Source of the DNA: Octopus vulgaris
Lineage: Eukaryota
Direction of reading: 5' to 3'
Length of the DNA stretch: 64,000 nucleotides
Assembly (NCBI GenBank): GCA_951406725.2
Contig: OX597833.1
Location: 62,310,001-62,374,000, forward strand
The position numbers and the translations under genes are program-made. The notes below the pieces were generated by a model that was not told the DNA's origin, searched no databases, and saw only the letters and a program-made list of their open reading frames with translations. Of the stretch, positions 15,101 through 28,910 are shown in pieces. How positions within the stretch are numbered: the first letter of the stretch is position 1; every line of letters starts with the position of its first letter.

Positions 15101-15987
15101 GTACTTATTCTATCAGTCTCTTTTGCCAAACCGCTAAGTTACAGGTACATAAACACACCAGCATTGGTTGTCAAGCGATGTTGGGAGGACAAACACAGAC
15201 ACACAAACATACACACACACACACACACATACATATACTCCATGGGCTTCTTTCAGTTTCCCTCTACCAAATCCACTCAGAAGGCTTTGGTCGGCCCGAG
15301 GCTATAGTAGAAGACTATAGTGGTGCCCAAGGTGCCACACACACACAAATTTTTTTTTGAGATGGTAGTGTGTGATTTGAGGGAGATCTAGCTGTTATTT
15401 CTTGTAGTCTCATAGATTCCAAATTTTATCAACTCAATCTGTAGGGGTTCTAACCATGACTACCCCATGTTTATTGTGGGCCCTGTTTATCTTTGAATTT
15501 GAGGTATAAACTGGCATCTAACTTCAAAGAAGTGAATTGTCTAGCAATAGACTGAAAGGAGCCCCAAGCTGACAGGATCTGTCAGACTTTCCACTCATGA
15601 CCATCATGTCCTAAGATGCAGTTATCTCATGTGCATTTCCCATTTTGTTTTATTTAAAGCAGTGTGATGTTAGTTTAGGGTGACTTGGTTCCTATTTCTT
15701 GGAAGGACACATTGGATAATTTATTCTCGGGTATATATTGCCTGGTAAAAGTAGACAGGATGGGCATAGCTGGAATGTCTTTGATCACGTTTACCTAAAC
15801 ATGGTTTTGCAATGAGGCTAAACAACTGTTGAGTCTCTATCTCAATGTGTATGCCTCTCTCTTCCTCTCCACACTCACATGAATATATCCATCTATCTAT
15901 ATTTTTATCGTATTAAATCTATCTCTATCTATCTGTCTGTCTGTCCGTCACTCTATCTCTGTCTTCCTATGTTTGTCTCTCTCTCTG

Positions 15988-16021
<34 letters not shown>

Positions 16022-16175
16022 CATACATACACACCCACACACATACACACATATATATATATATATATCTGTCTCCCTCTATGTCTCTCTCTTTATGCTT
16101 GCCTCTCTCTCTCTCTCTCTCTTTCTCTCTGTCTGTCTGTCTGACTATCTGTCTTTCTATGTTTATCTCTCTGTC

Positions 16176-16232
<57 letters not shown>

Positions 16233-16656
16233 CTGTCTCCCTTTATGTCTCTCTCTTTATGCTTGCCTCTCTCTCTCTCTCTCTCTCTTCTCTTTCTCTC
16301 TGTCTGTCTCTCTCTCTCTCCCTCTGTCTGTCTGTCTGTCCTTCTCTCAGAATAAGAAAATATATCGCAATGCCTCAACATTTCACTCTCTCTCTCTCTC
16401 TCTCTCTCTGCCAATGTGTCGGTATAAACAACACACACACACACACACACACACTCACACACACACACTCACACACACGTGTGTGTGTGTGTGTGTGTGT
16501 GGCATTTCTGTGTTGTGTGGTTCAGTGGAAAAGAAATGGTGAAAAAAAACTAACTGTGGAATACTGGAATTGTTGGATTGATTAGTAATAGTGGTTCTTT
16601 AGACTGGTGAGCGAAGCGAGTGAGCGACTGAGTGGAGGCAGTGCTTGTAGCTCTGC

Positions 16657-16694
<38 letters not shown>

Positions 16695-16720
16695 GTATTA
16701 GCATTTAAAGCAACGCAGGC

Positions 16721-16758
<38 letters not shown>

Positions 16759-17039
16759 CTTAAGATATCTGCATGGGAGTGGATGTGAACTCTCTATGAT
16801 ATATACATACACACACACACACATCACACACGAGCAGCCATGTTGTAATAGTAGTAGTAGTAGTAGTGGTGGTGGTGGTGGTGGTGGTGGTAGTAGTAGT
16901 GGTGGTAGTAGTAGTAGTGGTGGTGGTAGTGGTGGTTGTAGTAGTAGTAGTAGTAGTTATATTCTTCAACATTAGCTTGCAGTCTCACAGTTGCTGCTTG
17001 TACTACCACCACCACCACCACTACTACTACTACTAACTA

Positions 17040-17074
<35 letters not shown>

Positions 17075-17556
17075 GCTGTTATACAAGCATATTGTCTGTG
17101 CAGTCTCTATGGTATGTCTATATCATTGTGACATTGGAACCTTTTGTGGGAGCCCCCCCCCCTCCCCCCGTAAGGGGGTGGGGTGTGGGCGTTTGTTTGC
17201 CGTGAAGGGGGTTGTAGGAGGGGCGGGGTACGAGTAGCTGTTGACTAAATTGAAATTCCCAGAAATGTCGTCGTCGTTGCCGTTGCCATCGTCTTGATGT
17301 GCAGTTTTCTGCGCTTGCATGGGTCGGGCGGAATTTGTTGAGACAGATTTTTTTTTTCTCTCTCTGGCCGGATGCCCTTCCTGTTGCTAACCCTCCCCTG
17401 TTTCCAAGTAAGGTGTGGATATTTCTTTCTCCTTGGACAGATATATGTTTCCAATGGAAAAATCGGAAATGAAGGACAACCACTTGTTTACAACCATCAT
17501 GCGATATCAAAAGCAAGGTGACAAGAAGGTGCACTCGTGAACAGACACGTGCACAG

Positions 17557-17619
<63 letters not shown>

Positions 17620-18119
17620 AGGTAGTCCTGAAAAATTCCTGGTTTTAAGGGCCTGGCAGAAACATTAGCACGCTGGGCGAAATGCGTAGCCGTATTTCGT
17701 CTGCCGTTACGTTGTGAGTTCAAATTCCGCCGAGGTCGACTTTGCCTTTCATTCTTTCGGGGTCGATAAATTAAGTACCAGTTACGCACTGGGGTCGATG
17801 TAATCAACTTAATACCTATGTCTGTCCTTGTTTGTCCCCTCTATGTTTAGCCCCTTGTGGGTAATAAAGAAATAGGTATTACGAAAGGCCTGGTTGAAGG
17901 TCCAAATTCCTGAGCTTTTTATCAGGGCTTAGAAAAACTGAAGGACCACAAACAATAAGTGTGTAAGTCTGAGAGGATAAAATTGTTGAATAAAATCATA
18001 ATTAACTGATCCTCCTGTATTTTCTTTTGCCCAAAGCCAGGAACTTTTCAGCACCTCCTCATGTGTATGTGTGTGTGTTTTCCTCCGTCTTCCCTTCTCT
18101 GGATCTTTCCTTCTCCTAT

Positions 18120-18154
18120 GTTTCCGACGAAGAGCTCCGCTCGAAACGTAAAAC
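18120..18154 (+). ncRNA. Degenerate minimal hammerhead motif in a short Penelope-like remnant (about 18075-18258)
   Basis: GTTT-CCGACGA-A-GAGC-TCC-GCTC-GAAAC-GTA-AAAC: stems I and II pair; one core substitution (CCG for CTG). Confidence 0.55.
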
Positions 18155-18590
18155 CCTCCTTCTTCTCTTCCTTCCTGAGCGTCCAATAATACTATATTTG
18201 TTCCACGTCCTCGTGTTGTGTTTTCTCTTTGTGTTTTCATATTTGGATTAACTATATATCATCATCATCGTTTAATGTCCGTTTTCCACGCTAGCACGGG
18301 TTGGACGGTTCAACCGGGGTCTGGGAAGCCAGAGGCTGCACCAGGCTCCAGTCTGATCTGGCAGTGTTTCTACAGCTGGATGCCCTTCCTAACGCCAAAA
18401 TACAAAATGGGACGAGAACGAAAACATCCAGAAGACGATACAAGAAACACGGACAGGTCATTTGAAGCCTTTAATCTTCAGTCAAGAACCGGATCATCCC
18501 CGCAATTTCGGCTGATTAAGCTACTATAGCCTTGGGCCAACCAAAGTCTTGTGAGTGGATTTGGTAGACAGAAACTGAAAGAAGCCTATC

Positions 18591-18657
<67 letters not shown>

Positions 18658-20359
18658 ATCTCTGTTTGTCCTCCCCCTCCATCACCACTTGACAACTGGT
18701 GTTTGTCTGTTTATGTCCCCCATAACTTAGCAGTTCGGCAAAAGAGACCAATGGAATAAGAGGCTTGAAAATAAGCACTGGGGTTGATTCATTCAGCTAA
18801 AATATATTGGATGCCGATCGTTGTGATTAGCCATCTCTGGAAATCAACTGAGGTCTAATATGGTATCCACCCGGATGATATATCCCTTCAAACTCACTTT
18901 TATATAATATATGCATACATACATACATACATACATACATACATACATACATACACAGTAATCCCTTGACTATTGCGTGTGTTATGTTCCAAAACCCCTG
19001 CAATTATGATATTGAAACGGTACTGTACTGTATATTTTTTTTAATTATTTTTATAATTTACTCTTTACTCTCTTTACTCTTTTACTTGTTTCAGTCATTT
19101 GACTGCGGCCATGCTGGAGTACCGCCTTTAGTCGAGCAAATCGACCCCAGGACTTATTCTTTGTAAGCCCAGTACTTATTCTATCGGTCTCTTTTGCCGG
19201 ACCGCTAAGTGATGGGGACGTAAACACACCAGCATCGGTTTGTCAAGCAATGCTAGAGGGACAAAAACAGACAAACATATACACACACATACATATATAT
19301 ATATATACACATATACGACAGGCTTCTTTCAGTTTCCGTCTACCAAATCCACTCACAAGGCTTTGGTCGGCCCGAGGCTATAGCAAAAGACACTTGCCCA
19401 AGATGCCACGCAGTGGGACTGAACCTGGAACCATGTGGTTGGTTAGCAAGCTACTTACCACACAGCCACTCTATTTATTTTATTATAAATGTCAAACAAC
19501 ACCACGGAGGAATCGACTTAAGCTTGAATAATAAACCGCAATAGGTGAACCGCGATATGGCGAGGGATTACTGCATCAACCTGACTATCAGATGTTATTC
19601 CTCATTGGTCACAATGCGCCTTTTAGCATTGCCTTTGCTTTAAAAGGGTGCCACGTACCAAGGAGCGTACTGCTATGAGCGAATCGCTTGTGTGCCTAAT
19701 GGCTGTGGGTTGCAACAAGACCTGGAGGGACATAGCTAGGTGAATGGTATCAGTCAGACCCTTGGGTTGCTCCTAATTGATCATAGATAGGTAGGGCTGC
19801 AACAAACCTGTTGATTTGGGAGTGCAAAGGGCTTTGTACAATGTGTGCTGGATGATGATGATGAGTGGTCTGGGTAGTGACAGCAAAGCAGAGGCCGTAT
19901 GACTTCGTAATCTGATGAATGTAGGGGTGGTGATGGTTTGGGAGAGGCTCAGTTTTTGGAGGTAAGAAAGAGATGAAGGTTGTTTGGTGTGTGTGTGTTC
20001 GACATGTATGAGGTGGGGATAAGAGTACCTAGAAGATTTGGTTTCTGCACCGGTGACATCTGTATGGGGGAAGGGTTTGAGCCTAGAAGAATTTTTAAGC
20101 ATTAACCCTTTAGCTTTCAGATTACTTTATCAAATGTAAAACTTATTTATTCACTTTGTTTTGAATTAATCATCCGTTACCTTGTAGCTTTGAGATTTCA
20201 ATGATGTTATTGTTTATTTTTAGAATGGCATTGTTGAGTAGGTGTGATAAGCTGGATAAAACAAAAGAGAGAGAATATTTGGATTAGATATGGCTGGTTT
20301 AAACACTCCACTGAGGAGAAGGGTTTTGGGAAGAAATAAAGTGAGATGGATGTCCTTAA

Positions 20360-20550
20360 CCCTTTCACTGCAAAATTAAATTTCATGGTTATTCCAGCAA
20401 TGATGCTCAGTATTGCCTCAACTTGGCATATGTCGACAGAAAATAGTTTTGGACATGATATTCCTCAGAAAAGGATAGATTGATAAAACTAGTTTCCACA
20501 GTTAGGTTTCCACGTTTGAGTGGATATATCTGGTTTCTACAGTAAAAGGG
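20360..20550. mobile_element. Second piggyBac-like MITE
   Basis: TTAA|CCCTTTCACTGCA...TACAGTAAAAGGG|TTAA; interior differs from the 34477 element. Confidence 0.65.
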
Positions 20551-21094
20551 TTAATGAAGGAAGAGAGATGGTCAAAGGGTTGCTGTTAGTGGTTTGAAGG
20601 ATTCAGAGAGAGGTAGAGGAAGGAGATGTGTTAGGAGTAGGGAGGAGTAAGGGAAAGACTTTGAAAGAGAGGAGCTGAAAGTCTTCCCTGTTGATACCCA
20701 GATAAGTGAAGGGTAGAGTGGAATCTACACATGTGCAGGGGGGGGGGGTACCACCTACTTCTTTCGAAGTGACATTTGAGTAAAGAGAGTGTCCTGGATG
20801 GCGGAGAAGGGCTCACAGATAAAAAAAAAAAGGGTGGGAGATTTATCTGTTAGCATGAGGTGGTGTGTGGGGAATCAAAATTGGATTGGGGTCCATGAAT
20901 GTTTGAGGAAAAGTGAGGAAATTGCCTGGCAGGTTTTTGTGCTGCTTGGCTGAGACATTTTTGGTTTGAATATTTGCAACAGAGGAAACTCTGCTAAATG
21001 CACCTGATAGCTACCAGGTGGCATTGTTATCAGACGCTCACATACATAGAATTTTCACAGATTTAAATTAAGATTTTCCACTTCCACATACACA

Positions 21095-21132
<38 letters not shown>

Positions 21133-21567
21133 CCTCTCTCTCTCTTTCGGAGAGGCACTCAGCAGCTATAGACACACATACACACACGGCAGTAACTCCC
21201 GCCTACCGAATTCAATCACAAAGCTCCGGTCGGCTCAGGGCTATAGCGGGAGACACCTATCCAAAGTGCCACGCAGTGGGACTGAACCCGAAACCATGTA
21301 GTTAGGAAGCAAGCTCCCTAACCACATATATATATATATATATCATCATCATCATCATCGTTTAATGTCCACTTTCCATGCTAGCATGGGTTGGACGATT
21401 TTGGCTGAGCGCTGGCGAACCAAATGGCTGCACCAGGCTCCAATCTTGATCTGGCAGAGTTTCTACAGCACAAGATTGGAGCCTGGTGCAGCCATCTGGT
21501 TCGCCAGCCCTCAGTCAAAATCGTCCAACCCATGCTAGCATGGAAAGCGGACGTTAAATGATGATGA

Positions 21568-21612
<45 letters not shown>

Positions 21613-21671
21613 ATGCTGGATCGTTAGCCCCTACACGCACTTTTTTTCTCTCCTTGTTTCTTTTCTGTGTA

Positions 21672-21709
21672 TCTTTCTGTCGAAGAGCGTAGGCTCAAAA
21701 CGTAAAAGA
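21672..21709 (+). ncRNA. Degenerate minimal hammerhead motif in a short Penelope-like remnant (about 21610-21810)
   Basis: TCTTT-CTGTCGA-A-GAGC-GTAG-GCTC-AAAAC-GTA-AAAGA: stems I and II pair; two core substitutions; element ends in (TA)n. Confidence 0.5.
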
Positions 21710-22324
21710 CTTGTTCTATTTCTATTCCTGAGCGCCAAACTAATACATTTGTTTGTTTGTATTCCACCTGCCTTCGTCTTTTGTTTATTTTTGTAAACCT
21801 TCCCGTTATATATATATGTGTGTGTGTGTATCTGTTATACCACCTTATTTGTTACTAAAAAAATATTTACTACTCGTGTATACACACGTGTGTAGATAGA
21901 TATTGATCGTCATTGTTTGATGTTTGTCTTCTGTACTGATATGGGTTGGACAGTTCAACTGGCGCTGGTAAGTTGAAGGACTACATCAGGCTCCATTGTC
22001 TGCTTTGGCAGGGTTTCTACAGCTGGAAATAAGGGAGTCAGAAGCTATATGGAGCAACCTAATGCTGGATTGTACCTGCAACTCAAAGGGGTCACTGTTA
22101 TACAGATGGGCATATTCGTGTGTGTGTGTGTGTGTGTGTGTGTGTCTATACAGAAAAGTGGTACCTGATATTTGTTTGAAAGAATATCTGAAGAAGATGA
22201 AAATGAAGGTCAAAATTATCTGTTTTACTCTCCAGTGTATTACTGGTATGTGTTGTATAGCTATTTCTAGTTACAAGGACAGAAAGCAGACAACTTGAAA
22301 TTTTGTTAAGTAATGCACAGTGCA

Positions 22325-22870
22325 CTTTCATAATATACTGTCGTAATACAATGTACAGTCATAACATTGTCATAACACACTATACCATCATAACGCATTG
22401 TCATAATACATTGTACTGTCATAACATTGTCATAACAACTGTACCATCATAACATACTATACCATCATAATACACTGTCATAACATTGTACTGTCATAAC
22501 AACTGTACCATCATAACACACTGTCTTAATACATTGTAATGTCATAACATTATAACATACTATACCATCATAATACACTGTCATAATACATTGTACTGTC
22601 ATAACATTGTCATACCATCATAACACACTGTCTTAATACATTGTAATGTCATAACATTATAACATACTATACCATCATAATACATTGTACTGTCATAACA
22701 TTGTCATACCATCATAACACACTGTCTTAATACATTGTAATGTCATAACATTATAACATACTATACCATCATAATACACTGTCTTCATACATTGTACTGT
22801 CATAACATTGTCATAACAACTGTACCATCATAGTATTGTCATAACATTCTGATATAACTATACTGTCACT
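22325..22870. repeat. Compound minisatellite (TGTCATAACAT / ACCATCATAATACAC subunits)
   Basis: Short subunits reiterated into longer higher-order blocks. Confidence 0.85.
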
Positions 22871-24049
22871 GCTCATTATCCTGTCAACCCAGTTATGACC
22901 AACTGTCATAATAATCCAATATACCTGTCATAATCCACTGTCACAACACTTTCTACTACTGACATTAGACAGTTTTCCCATGCTGCCAGGGATCTGATGG
23001 ATCATCACAGACCAAGTCAGTTCTCATTCAAAGCTTTTCTCCTCCGAGAGGGATCTCCATCAGACTTGTCATTTTTGACTTGTTTCCTTCTGCTGGGTAA
23101 CCATTCCTTGCACCAACCACTTTACAGTGTCTATTGGGTACATTTAATGGCACCAACAATGTGTGTGTGTCCATGTTTGCACTTAGACCATTTTAAAACA
23201 TGTTGCTGTGTTTTTGTTGTGTCCTGTTATCTCCCATAACTTAGCAGTTCAACAAGTATAGATCAATTGAATAACTAAGCAGACTGGAATCAGAAGTGGG
23301 AGCAATAAAATCAACTAAATCCATGGTGTTCTGACATGACTGCCATTCAATGACTGAAACTATTAAAAGAATAAAACAAAAGACCTTGGACAGTAAAAAA
23401 GCAGAAAGCTACGTCCAGGCCTTGAACCCTGCATCTATGCCAGAGTTAAGGATTGAAGGGGTACCCAACTACTTGAAAGTATACCTGTTAGCTGGGTGCT
23501 CTACAATATCAGCTCTTCCCAAATGGTACATAAGTATTTAAGAGTACATCTGTTAGCCAGGTACTCTACAATATCAGCTGTTTCCATAGAGGAACATGTA
23601 CTGCTGTAGCATCCAGTTTTTGTTTTTTCCTTTACTTACGCTGAATATCTCATTTAGTTATTCCCTCGTCAATAGTTCAACAGTGAATTCATTCTACAGT
23701 GAAGAGGTCGAATATGATTGAAACATGTTCAGGGTTGTCTCCCTTATTTACCCCCCAATTTTTTTTTTTAGAAAGCATTAGTCATTCAGCAAATGATGTG
23801 CTTTCTTCACCATACAATTATTTATAATTAAGATATTTAATACTCATTACTTTAAATATGTTAACTTAAGTATTGTTTCTTATGCAGGCAGCATCTCTAA
23901 GTAATTAACGGCAGTGGTTTATTTTTCAAGTTGGTTCTGGCATTGTTCCAATTCAGTTCTGAGATATATGAAATTAAATCCTACCGTACATTCACCAGTT
24001 TTCACATGCTGTTTTGGATAGTTCCATAACCGTTCCTTTCCAAATTTTA

Positions 24050-24057
24050 TTTATATA

Positions 24058-24129
<72 letters not shown>

Positions 24130-24236
24130 TATATATATATATATACACACACACATATACATATATATACACACATATACATATATATATACACACATAT
24201 ACATATATATATATACACATATACATATATTTATAT

Positions 24237-24324
<88 letters not shown>

Positions 24325-24330
24325 ATACAC

Positions 24331-24414
<84 letters not shown>

Positions 24415-24424
24415 ATATACATAT

Positions 24425-24457
<33 letters not shown>

Positions 24458-24458
24458 G
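24050..24458. repeat. (TA)n/(CA)n/(TACA)n microsatellite
   Basis: Directly visible; similar tracts at 15890-16500, 49020-49390 and 57520-58635. Confidence 0.95.
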
Positions 24459-24926
24459 CATTGGAAATCTGTGTAGGTTTAGATAGTGGTGGTCGTGGTG
24501 GGAGGAGATAGTAGTTTAGAGAATCACAGACTATCAGGGTTAGCTGTTAGAGGAGAGCATGAAATGGGGGTGGGGCCCTACTGAGCTATTGACCAATAAC
24601 TGTTGAGTATCGCTTAACTACAAACAGGTAGAAAACTTCTATTTTTTTTTTTCATTTCTCTTCCTTTTCCTTCTCCTCCACCATTGTGGGGGGAAAAGTA
24701 CCATGTCATCATCATCATCATCATCATCATCATTTAGTACTGCTTAGTATTCTTGCAAATTGAATAGGTCTGCTGCACTGTTACCACTGAGGCTTTTCAA
24801 CCTCTCGTTCTTGTGTCCTAAGACCTCATATACCACCACCACCATCACCGTTTCTTCATTGGTTTTGTCTCTGCCAGGGGTTGGTACTTTACACCAACAG
24901 TACCTGTTAGTTTTTTTTTTCACATA

Positions 24927-25314
24927 CTAGCAGTATCGCCCGGCGTTGCTCGGGTCTGTTTCGACCCTTTAGAATTGGAATTTTCGAAAAGTGAAAATTT
25001 TGCATTATGTAGCTTGTTATTCTCTTTAAGTGAACATTTTTCTGGTTGAAATACACTGAAAAATGGCGACACAGCCGTCAAAAAATCGTAAAAAAATTGG
25101 GATTTTCATAGAAAAAAAAGCACCTTTTTGATGTAAATAATTTTTGGTGTTAACATGGTCCGATTTGAATTTTTTCTTCTACAGAAGGAAGAGCAAGCCT
25201 TCTTCTATCATACTCTCAATTTTGGTCAACTTGCGCCGCAGGGTGTCGGAGGAGATAGTGTTAGTTGAAGGCTACCAAACCTGCCATACACAGACAACTT
25301 CAGCTTTATATATA
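24927..25314 (-). mobile_element. Non-autonomous Helitron, different internal sequence, 5' end disrupted by a SINE
   Basis: Same 3' hairpin + CTAG terminus as the other two copies (ctagcagtatcgcccggcgttgctcgggt on +); interior unrelated. Confidence 0.7.
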
Positions 25315-25525
25315 CTCTTTACTTATTTCAGTCATTTGACTGCGGCCATGCTGGAGCACTGCCTTTAATCGAGCAACTCGACCCCGGGACTTATTCTTTT
25401 GTAAGCCCAGTACTTATTCTATCGGTCTCTTTTGCCGAACTGCTAAGTAACGGGGACATAAACACACCAGCATCGGTTGTCAAGGAATACTAGGGGGACA
25501 AACACAGACACACAAACACACACGC

Positions 25526-25556
<31 letters not shown>

Positions 25557-28179
25557 TACGACGGGCTTCTTTTAGTTTCCGTCTACCAAATCCACTCACA
25601 AGGCTTTGGTCGACCCGAGGCGGCGAGCTGGCAGAAACGTTAGCACGCCGGGCGAAATGCTTAGCGGTATTTCGTCTGCCGTTTCGTTCTGAGTTCAAAT
25701 TCTGCCGAGGTCGACTTTGCCTTTCGTCCTTTCGGGGTCGATAAATTAAGTACCAATTACGCACTGGGGTTGATGTGATCGACTTAATCCGTTTGTCTGT
25801 CCTTGTTTGTCCCCTCTATGTTTAGCCCCTTGTGAGTAATAAAGAAACATATAGTAGAAGACACCTGCCCAAGGTGCCACGCAGTGGGACTGAACCCGGA
25901 ACCATGTGGTTGGTAAACAAGCTACTTACCACACAGCCACTCATTCACACTACTGCATTGTGAAGTCTTCTGTGTTGAGTGTGTGTGTGTATCTTTGTCT
26001 CTCTTTCTCTCTCTCACACATTGGCTAATATCTTTAATGCTCCCACCCACGGATCATACTTGTCTTTAATTCTCTTCAGCCTTTACAGAGCTAACGACCG
26101 TGGAGCATGATACCCCTTAATACTTGTTACATACATCAGATGATCGGCAGATGGAGTCTGGTGCAGTCATCTGGTTCGCTAGTCCTCAGTGAAATCGTCC
26201 AACCCATGCTAGCATGGAAAGCGGACGTTAAATGATAATGATGATGATGATGATGATGACTACCCAGCTGGCCAGACAAGCAGGCCAACATTCCCCCTGG
26301 TCGGAAGGTAATTCTGTCACATGGTTACCTTTTTACAGCTGAGTGGACTGGGGCAGTATAAAATGAAGTGCCTTGCTCAAGAACACAATGTGCTGCTTGG
26401 TCCAGGAATCGAACCCATGATTTAGCAATTGTGAGTGCAATACCCTGACCACTGGACCACGTGCCTTCACAAATATAATTCTTGTTTACTCATGCTGTTT
26501 TAGATTAATCACGCGTTATGTTGTAGCTTTCAGATATCAATCATCATCATCATCTTTGAACGTGCGTTTTCCATGCTAGCATGGGTTGGACGGTTCGACC
26601 GGGGTCTGGGAAGCCTGAAGGCTGCACCAGGCTCCAGTCTGATCTGGCAGTGTTTCTACAGCTGGATGCCTTTCCTAACACCAACCACTCTGTGAGTGTA
26701 GTGGGTGCTTTTTATGTGCCACCGGCGCAGGTGCCAGGCGAGGCTGGAAGCAGCCACGATCGGTTGGTGCTTTTTATGTGCCACCGGCACGGAAGCCAGT
26801 CAAGGCGGCGCAGGCATCGGCCACGTTCGGATGGTGCTTTTTACGTGCCACCAGCACAGGGATCACAACTACAATTTTCCATTGATTTTTGATGTTGATG
26901 TATTTGAGTCAATAGGTCTCCTCAAGCACAGGGTCGAAACGGTGTTTCTTTACTTGCCACCTGGTCCAGCAGCACTGGCACCTGGATCTGGCCATATCAC
27001 TGATTATTTATTTTTTAAACTGACATTGTAGGGTAGGTGTGACAGACACCTACCCTACAATGTTTGAACATCATCATCATCATCGTTTAACGTCCGCTTT
27101 CCATGCTAGCATGGGTTGGACGATTTGATTGAGGGCTGGCGAACCAGATGGCTGCACCAGGCTCCAATCTTGATCTGGCAGAGTTTCTACAGCTGGATGC
27201 CCTTTCTAATGCCAACCACTCCGAGAGTGTAGTGGGTGCTTTTTACTTGACCATAAAGCACATAAGAATATTTGGGCCTGTGATATGGCTGGTTGAAATG
27301 CTAAGGGGTTACCACACATGTCCGCATCAACCATCTTGAAATATTTTAAGATTTTTTTTTTTAATTTTTTTTTTTTTTAAGAAATCTTAGCAAAAAGAGG
27401 CAGTGTTGGGCGATGTTTCGTGGTTTGATGTCAAAAGCCAACTCTGCTAAAGTAGTATGTTTTAGAAACCATCAAAGATTAAGATTTTTTTTTTTTTTTA
27501 AAGCCACTACAAAATTGGAGGCGATAAAAACTAGGCGGTTGCTTACATCTTTCATCTTTTAATTTCATTTACCGTCTTTTTTTTTCTTTCTTCAAGTAGC
27601 ATGGAATTACTAAATAAAACACTTAATTAAATATAAATTATATTCCAATAATTAGATTTTTTTTTTGTGTGTGTTATTTGTTTATAAATAAAATATTTAA
27701 ATTTGGATAATTTAGAAGAAGAAAAAAGTCTGTGTGAGTAATGACTGTTAGAGTTTGAATTATGAGTGGTATTGATTGTGTGAGAGTGACTTACCAGCAA
27801 TAATACCTGGAGCATTGTTGTTACCAATTACTCTATCATAATATGATTAAATGATGTTGTTGTTATTTAACCCTAGGTCAGCCAGATATGACCATCTTGT
27901 CTTTTATTTTCAGACTAAATGTATCAAAGGATACATTGTCTAATATGTCTCACCTTTTTGCTGTTACTTAGCCCCAGGTCAGCTCTGAGCCAGCATACCT
28001 TTGATCAATGACATTCTAGCCATGACCATCTTGTTTTTCTTTTATTTTCTTCCTGCTCTTACTCATACTTGCTTTTTCAACTCAGAATTGTATAATGAGT
28101 TTAGATTTGAATGCTATTTCTAGCAATTTGTGTCACCACTTACAGCACCTTCCTTAAGCTGTCAGAATTGTTGGGTCAG

Positions 28180-28583
28180 AAGGCGGCGAGCTGGCAGAAT
28201 CGTTAGCACACTGGGCAAAATGCTTAGTGGTATTTCATCTGCCGTTACATTCTGAGTTCAAATTCCGCCAAGGTCGACTTTGCCTTTCATCCTTTCGGGG
28301 TCGATAAATTAAGTACCAGTTACGCACTGGGGTCGATATAATTGACTTAATCCGTTTGTCTGTCCTTGTTTGTCCCCTCTGTGTTTAGCCCCTTGTGGGT
28401 AGTAAAGAAATAGGTATTTCATTTGCCGTTAAATTCTGAGTTCAAATTCTGCCGAGGTCAACTTTGCCTTTCATCCTTTCGGGGTCGATAAATTAAGTAC
28501 CAGTTATGCACTGGGGTCGATGTAATCGACTTAATCCCTTTGTCTGTCCTTGTTTAGCCCCTTGTGGGCAATAAAGAAATAAG
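28180..28583 (+). mobile_element. tRNA-derived SINE, family B, dimeric form with MetaSINE-like central domain
   Basis: GGCGGCGAGCTGGCAGAA head, GAGTTCAAATTC B box, GCCTTTCATCCTTTCGGGGTCGATAAATTAAGTACC core; flanked by agaattgttgggtca/agaattgttggatca. Other copies at about 6586-6995(-), 7297-7710, 10490-10905, 10978-11376, 17650-17880, 25619-25849, 29042-29270, 30149-30390, 52310-52600, 62014-62425, 62887-63118. Confidence 0.85.
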
Positions 28584-28855
28584 AATTGTTGGATCATTGC
28601 ACAAAGTACCTTGTGGTATTTTCAGGCCTTTACATTCTGTGTTAAGATTTTGAGGTCAGCTTTTCTTTTCATCCTTCAGAAGGTAACGAAATAAAGTCAG
28701 TCAAGTATTGGAAACTCTGCATTTGATCTAAGGGTCTGCTGAGTCAAGGCTGACCTGGGGTTAAGCAACAATAACAATAGTATAATGTTTTCTAACGTTT
28801 TTCTGTGATTTCTGTAATAATAGTAATAATTTTATTTTTATTTATTTCTTTTCAG

Positions 28856-28910
28856 TTTTTTAGATAGAGTTCATATAGTAAAGTCTGCAGACTATACACC
28901 AACAGAACAG
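28856..28910 (+). CDS. GNAS: G-protein alpha-s subunit, internal coding exon (55 bp; equivalent to human GNAS exon 7)
   Basis: Polypyrimidine tract + ttttcag acceptor; CAG|gtaaat donor; reads (Y)FLDRVHIVKSADYTPTEQ, matching Gs FLDKIDVIKQADYVPSDQ; joins the next exon in phase 0. Absent from the ORF track because it is too short. Confidence 0.93.

Noticed and set aside
17150-17230. G/C-run cluster as a promoter or G-quadruplex
   Set aside because: Short, next to a repeat tail, with no CpG island or start-site evidence.
18400-18522. Possible hammerhead on the minus strand (CTGAAGA near 18475-18481)
   Set aside because: No convincing stem II or correctly placed GAAA downstream; too degenerate to call.
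23992-24461. Long YI/CV/HT-rich ORFs (also 15879-16585, 48853-49462, 57458-58699)
   Set aside because: Translations of (TA)n, (CA)n and (CT)n microsatellites; no domains or splice support.
28861-28869. Alternative AG acceptors just inside the 55-bp exon
   Set aside because: They give a frameshift or an immediate TAA; only the acceptor before 28856 keeps the conserved YFLD.
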